From: a virus
Taxonomy: Duplodnaviria > Heunggongvirae > Uroviricota > Caudoviricetes
Direction: 5' to 3' (one strand)
Length of the DNA: 64,000 nt
Virus record (IMG/VR): IMGVR_UViG_3300028888_000043
Location: 137,756-201,755 of that record
Position numbers and translations under genes: made by a program. The notes under the pieces were generated by a model, which saw only the letters and a program-made list of their open reading frames with translations, searched no databases and was not told the DNA's origin. Positions 58,780-64,000 of the stretch are shown here, piece after piece; positions within the stretch are counted from its first letter, which is position 1, and the number at the start of each line of letters is the position of its first letter.

Positions 58780-59967
58780 ATGAAAAGGTTTACACTTATT
58801 ATAGATGGACATAATTTCTTCTATAGAAGTCTTTGGTCTAATTTCCGACAGGGAGGTAAGACCAAGGTTCTTTCTACCCAGAAAGACAGGGATGTATATG
58901 AGAAGAAATTGATGCTTGATTTCTGTTCGCTTATCAAGCAGGTTAACCCTATCATCAATGATGTGGTATTTGTCAAGGATAGTCATTCTTGGAGAAAGGA
59001 TTTACTTCTTCAACAGGAATATAAAGGAAACCGCAAGAAGATACAGGAAGATATTGATAGAAAAGGTTTTGATGCCACTATTGCCAATTTTACGAATACA
59101 TTGAATTCAATTGGTGTGAAAGTGAGTCAGACAGAGAGAAGTGAGGGTGATGATTTGATTTATGCATGGAGTGATCATCTTTTTAATGAAGGAAAGTCAA
59201 GTCTCATCATCTCTACTGACCGTGACTTGAACCAGTTGGTGAAGTGTGTAAATGATGTTCATATCATCCAGTATGGTCCGGTTAACAATAAACTTTGGGT
59301 ATCAGAAGGTTCAAACAATATCATTCAGAAACTGAATGAGAAACATGAGATAACACAGGAGAACCTGTTTGATGAACTTTTTGTTGTATCCATTGAAAAT
59401 GATCCCTTCTCCAGGTTTGTTGAGACAACCAACATAGAAGTGGTGGATCCAGAAAAGGTAAGGTTTATGAAGATTGTTGGAGGTGATACTTCTGACAATA
59501 TCTTCCCTGTTTATTATAAGGCCGGTACAGAAACTACCAGGGCAAAGGGTCTTGGACCGAAGACTGTTGAAAAGATTTACAGTCAATTCAAGGAGAAACT
59601 TGGTTGTGAATTTGATTATCATATTTATAATCAAGAAGATACAATCAAACTTCTTTGTAATATCATCTATGATGTTGCAAAGATAAATGATGAGGAGTTC
59701 ACCAGGAGGATGCTTTTTGAGAACATAAAAACTAATACTTCCCTGGTGTCATTGACTAATGAGAGTATCCCGGAGGATGTGATACAGAATATGAGTGTGG
59801 ATATTGATTTTGAGAATACCAAGAATCCAACCATATCATCCAAGATAACAAAGGAACTGATGTTCTCAAAGTCGCGGTTCAAGGATTACAAGACCAGCAT
59901 CCAGATGAAGAGTAATATCTTGAAAGGTGTAAAGGATGATGGTGATATGAGTTTCATAAAAGGTTAA
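58780..59967 (+). CDS. rnh: 5'-3' exonuclease / T4 RNase H-like flap endonuclease
   Basis: LIIDGHN, YKGNRK, EGDDLI, STDRDLNQL, GDTSDNI. Confidence 0.88.
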   Translation: MKRFTLIIDGHNFFYRSLWSNFRQGGKTKVLSTQKDRDVYEKKLMLDFCSLIKQVNPIINDVVFVKDSHSWRKDLLLQQEYKGNRKKIQEDIDRKGFDATIANFTNTLNSIGVKVSQTERSEGDDLIYAWSDHLFNEGKSSLIISTDRDLNQLVKCVNDVHIIQYGPVNNKLWVSEGSNNIIQKLNEKHEITQENLFDELFVVSIENDPFSRFVETTNIEVVDPEKVRFMKIVGGDTSDNIFPVYYKAGTETTRAKGLGPKTVEKIYSQFKEKLGCEFDYHIYNQEDTIKLLCNIIYDVAKINDEEFTRRMLFENIKTNTSLVSLTNESIPEDVIQNMSVDIDFENTKNPTISSKITKELMFSKSRFKDYKTSIQMKSNILKGVKDDGDMSFIKG

Positions 59968-59976
59968 GATTATATT

Positions 59977-60156
59977 ATGGAGAAAAGATTGGTAAAAGGT
60001 AAGGACAGGAAACTATTTGGTGTATGTAGTGGTATTGCTGATTACTTTGGTTGGGATCCCACTCTTGTGAGGATTGGGTTTGCTGTTCTGGTCCTGGGTT
60101 ATGGTGTGGGACTTCTTGCTTATCTGGTTGCCGCCATTGTAATGCCTAATGAATAA
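59977..60156 (+). CDS. pspC: PspC (phage shock protein C) domain membrane protein
   Basis: Not in the ORF track: MEKRLVKGKDRKLFGVCSGIADYFGWDPTLVRIGFAVLVLGYGVGLLAYLVAAIVMPNE*, a classic PspC signature. Confidence 0.9.
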   Translation: MEKRLVKGKDRKLFGVCSGIADYFGWDPTLVRIGFAVLVLGYGVGLLAYLVAAIVMPNE

Positions 60157-60161
60157 AAGAC

Positions 60162-60626
60162 ATGGAATTGTATGAGGTACTGAACTGCTACTGTAATAGG
60201 AATTCTGGTGCTGTGTCAAAGGAGGATAAAAGGAAATATTCTTATATGCTCCGGAGACTTTTTTCAGCCCAGTTTCCTATCCAGTGTGAGTTGGTGAATA
60301 GACTTGATAGTGATCCTCTTGTGGATGCCGAACTCATTGCCCTTCTGGCGATGAGGTTTAATGGTTTGCCTTCTTTCCTAAAAACAAGAATTGATCAAAC
60401 AAAGAAGAAGGAGAGTATCAGGAAGTTCTATGAGGATGATGTGTTGAACAAGTATATGGAAATCAATGGATGTGGTATCAGGGAGGTGGAGGAAGCATAT
60501 TCTATTAATAAACCTGAACTGGATAAGGCATTGAAACTAATAAAATCGAATTTCTTTAATAATAAAGAGAAGGTTATTGTTAGTAAGAATATTGAGAAAA
60601 AAGAAGAAGAAAAATCATTATTTTAA
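60162..60626 (+). CDS. hypothetical protein (weak resemblance to clamp-loader small subunit gp62)
   Basis: 154-aa helical ORF in replication context; the functional assignment is tentative. Confidence 0.55.
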   Translation: MELYEVLNCYCNRNSGAVSKEDKRKYSYMLRRLFSAQFPIQCELVNRLDSDPLVDAELIALLAMRFNGLPSFLKTRIDQTKKKESIRKFYEDDVLNKYMEINGCGIREVEEAYSINKPELDKALKLIKSNFFNNKEKVIVSKNIEKKEEEKSLF

Positions 60627-60628
60627 TT

Positions 60629-60838
60629 ATGTATCTGAAAGTATCTACTAAATTTGATATTGGTGACAAGGTTTGGTACATCTCTGATAATAAAGTTAAT
60701 GAGAATGATATAACCGGTGTCAGTATAAGTGTTGATAACAATGAATTGGTTAATGTTGATTATACACTTCACTTTAACGATAAGGTTTCTGAAAATTTAT
60801 TGTTTTTAACAAAGGAAGAATTAATCAAATCTCTGTAA
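60629..60838 (+). CDS. small SH3-like hypothetical protein
   Basis: KFDIGDKVWY...LFLTKEELIKSL. Confidence 0.7.
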   Translation: MYLKVSTKFDIGDKVWYISDNKVNENDITGVSISVDNNELVNVDYTLHFNDKVSENLLFLTKEELIKSL

Positions 60839-60839
60839 T

Positions 60840-61073
60840 ATGGTAAAGGAATTTAAAAAGAGTATCGGTGATGAGGTATGGGTAATGCATAATAATTTCC
60901 CGATACAAGGGACTATCAGGAAAATTTGGTATACAAAATTCACAAGTTATACTGATTTTGAGGATGTTACAGAATCAGAATTTTATTCTGTGTATTATCA
61001 GGATAAGAAATTGGGTGATTATACTCTCAAAGAAATGTTTGATACAAAAGATGAGTTGTTAAAAACATTATAA
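60840..61073 (+). CDS. small SH3-like hypothetical protein, tandem paralog of 60629..60838
   Basis: KSIGDEVWV...MFDTKDELLKTL. Confidence 0.7.
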   Translation: MVKEFKKSIGDEVWVMHNNFPIQGTIRKIWYTKFTSYTDFEDVTESEFYSVYYQDKKLGDYTLKEMFDTKDELLKTL

Positions 61074-61118
61074 TTTGTTATATTTAGAATAGAGTTTTTT
61101 AAACATTAACATAAAAAT

Positions 61119-61943
61119 ATGACAGAAGAATTAAAGAATGTTACTGAAGAGCAGATTTCTGCTGCGGTAAAAAGAGTGGAAGAATTGCAGAAGGTCCGTA
61201 GTGACATTGTATCTTTCAAGGAAGAGTTAGTTGCACATCAGAAAGACCTGGCCAGTGCAGAGACTGTGTTTGGTGTTGGTACAAAGGAGTATGAACTCCA
61301 GAAAGATCATGTGGACCGCACTTTGTCTCTTATTGAAGAGGCACAGAAGAAGGAGGCTGAACTTGCTTTCAAGCAGTCAGAGTTGAAGCCTGTCCTGGAT
61401 GCTCTGGCAAAGAAGTTTGAGGATGCTTACAGAAATGATACTTCCAAGGAATATCATATCGAGATGGCCCCGAAACCGGAGAAAGATGATGAACCTATTG
61501 ACCCTTCAAAGGGTAAGAAGGTGTTCAAGCAGCTTCTTGATTATCTTAACAACAATGTTTCCTTCACTGCAAAGAGTGCTGTGAACCTTATGATTCTTGT
61601 CCGTAATATGGAGGAGAACAAACCCTGGGTGAACTCAAAGGAGTTTGATAATGTCATCATTCTCCGTTCAGCCAGTGTACTCAGTCTGTGGAGATCTATT
61701 ATGGAGGACTTCAATGGAAAGGGTTTCTTTGAAGCCCGTAAGTTCCTGGAGTGCTGGGCTAACTGCGGTCAGTCAATTTCTGATGCAGTCCGCCAGATTC
61801 AGAAGGACAATGCCGCTACCCGTCAGATTGGTACGGACCTCAATAATGTTGAGGAGGAATTCAACCGTAGCGAGAATGACCTTCCAAAGGATGAGGCAAA
61901 GCCGACAACCCAAGAGGAAGTTGATCCCAATGTGTCTGAATAA
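61119..61943 (+). CDS. hypothetical coiled-coil protein
   Basis: 274-aa ORF after TTGTTATATTTA (61075-61086). Confidence 0.75.
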   Translation: MTEELKNVTEEQISAAVKRVEELQKVRSDIVSFKEELVAHQKDLASAETVFGVGTKEYELQKDHVDRTLSLIEEAQKKEAELAFKQSELKPVLDALAKKFEDAYRNDTSKEYHIEMAPKPEKDDEPIDPSKGKKVFKQLLDYLNNNVSFTAKSAVNLMILVRNMEENKPWVNSKEFDNVIILRSASVLSLWRSIMEDFNGKGFFEARKFLECWANCGQSISDAVRQIQKDNAATRQIGTDLNNVEEEFNRSENDLPKDEAKPTTQEEVDPNVSE

Positions 61944-62081
61944 AATAAATGACTCCCCGGAAAATTCCGGGGATCAAGTAACAAATGTCCATATACTTCA
62001 CAACTCCGGGGAGTCATTTTATTCTTACATAAATACTTTGTATGTTTAACCGTTCCATTCTGGAATTTAAAGAAATTATAA

Positions 62082-63251
62082 ATGGGTATTATAACTCAAA
62101 GAGTAGAAATCTATTCTGAATCAGATCCATTAAACTCAACATTTGTTGACATCCCTGTACATAAAGGTGAGAAGATTATGTGTCATGAACCCTATGTGGT
62201 TGAGGCAATGAAGATGTATGCACAGTCTTGTACCGATGAAGTATTGGATGCCATCAATGAATATGAGAGACTGGGTAAGTTCAGAGATGTAAGGGAAGGA
62301 CATATCACAGGTTATGATGAGAAGAAGTCAACCGCTGATATTGCCCTTTCACAGAAACATTCAGTGGCTGTTGATATCAACTCCAATGAGAAAATCAGTG
62401 TCGGTGACAAGATTGATGTTGTTGTCACCAAGGCAAGAGGTCACCTCTCTGCCGATGCTTCTTCAAAGACTGCACAACTTGAAAGGTTGAAGCAGGAACT
62501 GGTGAAGGAAATTCAGACTCCTACATCTGCCTATGCCGGTACAGTCAAGGAGATTGTTTACAATGGTGCCAATGTATTCAATGGTTTCATTGTGGACATC
62601 AAGGGTGTCAGGTGCTTTATGCCTGGTACCGAGTCTGATGTCGTTCCTCTCAATGACTTCAAGGAGTTAGTTGGTAAGGAACTCTTCGTGATGCCTGTCA
62701 ACCTGATTAAGGACAGTATCATTGTCTCCCATAAGGAGTATCTGAATACTCTCAAACCAAGTGTTCTTGATGAACTGGAGAACCTTGAAAAGGGTACTGT
62801 GGTCACTGGTGTTGTTTCATCTATCAAGCATTTCGGTGCTTTCATCCTTATCAAGGAATGTGTTGCTACACTCCTGTCAGTGTCTGAAATGAATGAGGTC
62901 ACGGAGGCCAAGTTCAAGGCGGGTCAGTTGAAGGTCGGAGATCCTATTGACTTCTACATTGAAAGTATCAATGATGAGAAGGTCATCATCACTCAGACTG
63001 TCAGTAAGACAGAGGGTTGGGACAAACTCAAGGAGACTATCGAGAAGTCAAGTGATTACAAGTTGAAGGGTGTTGTGAAGAACCTCTTTGACAATGGTGT
63101 GGTCATCATCTCTGAAGAGTTTAATGGTATCACATTCTTCCTCTCATCAAAGGTTGTTCTCCTGGATAACCTCAAAGTAGGTCAGGAGGTTGAACTTCCA
63201 GTTGAGAGTGTGGATACTGTGAAGAAGACTGTGAGGTTGAAAATCTCATAA
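62082..63251 (+). CDS. ribosomal protein S1-like multi-S1-domain protein
   Basis: About four OB/S1 repeats, e.g. GFIVDIKGVRCFMPGTE and KGTVVTGVVSSIKHFGAFI; CATAAATA at 62028-62035. Confidence 0.8.
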   Translation: MGIITQRVEIYSESDPLNSTFVDIPVHKGEKIMCHEPYVVEAMKMYAQSCTDEVLDAINEYERLGKFRDVREGHITGYDEKKSTADIALSQKHSVAVDINSNEKISVGDKIDVVVTKARGHLSADASSKTAQLERLKQELVKEIQTPTSAYAGTVKEIVYNGANVFNGFIVDIKGVRCFMPGTESDVVPLNDFKELVGKELFVMPVNLIKDSIIVSHKEYLNTLKPSVLDELENLEKGTVVTGVVSSIKHFGAFILIKECVATLLSVSEMNEVTEAKFKAGQLKVGDPIDFYIESINDEKVIITQTVSKTEGWDKLKETIEKSSDYKLKGVVKNLFDNGVVIISEEFNGITFFLSSKVVLLDNLKVGQEVELPVESVDTVKKTVRLKIS

Positions 63252-63278
63252 GTTCATTTTTATTTTTATTTTAGGGTG

Positions 63279-63308
63279 TGGTCATTCCTTTGGGAATGAC
63301 CATTTTTT
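63279..63308 (+). terminator. intrinsic terminator
   Basis: TGGTCATTCC-tttg-GGAATGACCA-TTTTTT. Confidence 0.8.
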
Positions 63309-63341
63309 CATAAATACAAGTATAGTAACAATGATATCATA

Positions 63342-63914
63342 ATGGCATTTCTGAGTGGATTAAATAATAACTTCAAGTTCACTTTCCCAAAGGTTTTTGT
63401 TCCGGAAGAAATAGAAAAGAAGTATCTTCCTATCCTGAACAGAATACCAGGGAATATGTGTACTACTGTTATTGATTTTCTGAATATGAGTATCAAGTCA
63501 GTTGAACTTGAAGTGAACCCTGTGACATATGAACCTATCGAGCAGGTTGACAGGGGAACACCTTACGGTAGATTACATCGTTCAGACTTCTTTCCTGATT
63601 TCTTATGGAAGAAAGATATGACTATAACCTTTCAGTTGGATTCTGCATATATCATTTGGTCTATCCTGACAGATTTGTTTATGTATTATTATTGTGCTGA
63701 ACCGGATCCAAAATATATCCCTGCGTGCCCAGGTATGGAGATTCTGGATTGCTATAATCATTCATTATACAGGATTACATTTGATGACCTTCTCTATACA
63801 GGTGTAAGCGGATTGGAATTTGATTTCAGTTCAAATGAGGTTGACCAGAAGGTTGTGACAACAACCTGGGTTGCCAACAAGGTCAATGTAGTACTTGAAC
63901 CGTCAAGAGTATAA
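63342..63914 (+). CDS. tail tube / tube-terminator-like protein (gp19/gp3 fold)
   Basis: MTITFQLD...ITFDDLLYTGVSGLEFDF; CATAAATA at 63309-63316. Confidence 0.5.
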   Translation: MAFLSGLNNNFKFTFPKVFVPEEIEKKYLPILNRIPGNMCTTVIDFLNMSIKSVELEVNPVTYEPIEQVDRGTPYGRLHRSDFFPDFLWKKDMTITFQLDSAYIIWSILTDLFMYYYCAEPDPKYIPACPGMEILDCYNHSLYRITFDDLLYTGVSGLEFDFSSNEVDQKVVTTTWVANKVNVVLEPSRV

Positions 63915-63943
63915 AAAAGAGAGAACTTTATGTTCTCTCTTTT
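63915..63943. terminator. bidirectional terminator with the same stem as 16736-16766
   Basis: AAAAGAGAGAAC-tttat-GTTCTCTCTTTT. Confidence 0.8.
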
Positions 63944-64000
63944 AGTTTATATTCATCTTGTCTTTTCAACTTATATTCTTCATATGCTGCCGCCTTTTGT

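Noticed and set aside
1-64000. Alternative genetic code (TAG=Gln, as in Lak and some crAss-like phages)
   Set aside because: Long late and structural ORFs are uninterrupted in code 11. The few TAG stops noticed (10858, 30484, 43514) fall at plausible gene ends.
63930-64000. 3' end of a minus-strand gene entering the window
   Set aside because: Likely, given the bidirectional terminator, but too short to fix the frame or product.
1-64000. tRNA/rRNA genes
   Set aside because: No cloverleaf or T-loop signature was seen in the short intergenic regions; tRNAscan-SE would be needed to exclude them formally.

Overview
This 64-kb window comes from a large, AT-rich, T4-like (myovirus-type) jumbo phage read in the standard genetic code. 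The host is probably an anaerobic Bacteroidetes, based on TTTG-N20-TAnnTTTG promoters, A-rich leaders without Shine-Dalgarno sites, class III RNR and a Bacteroidetes-like DnaK. Positions 1-14.6 kb hold four giant Thr/Ser-rich Ig-like fibre genes on the minus strand. The rest mixes replication and nucleotide genes (primase, gp32-like SSB, RNase H/FEN, guanylate-kinase-like, nrdD/nrdG), host-like functions (GroES, DnaK, sigma-70-family factor, ribosomal protein S1-like, PspC), a MoxR/VWA pair, two DNA methyltransferases with a PD-(D/E)xK nuclease, and late virion genes (neck, baseplate, tape measure, tail-tube-like, head completion). Main highlights: (1) a bacterial Ig (Big_2-type) domain appears split between the C-termini and N-termini of the fibre proteins, suggesting modular head-to-tail fibre assembly with alternative tips; (2) an orphan intein is followed by a frameshifted RNR 'CGEQ' relic just upstream of nrdD; (3) several late enzymes, including the nuclease, have T4-like capsid-targeting N-termini; (4) three promoter classes are readable, with leaderless genes and a candidate ~80-nt sRNA. 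All family assignments come from motif recognition by eye; no database searches were run.
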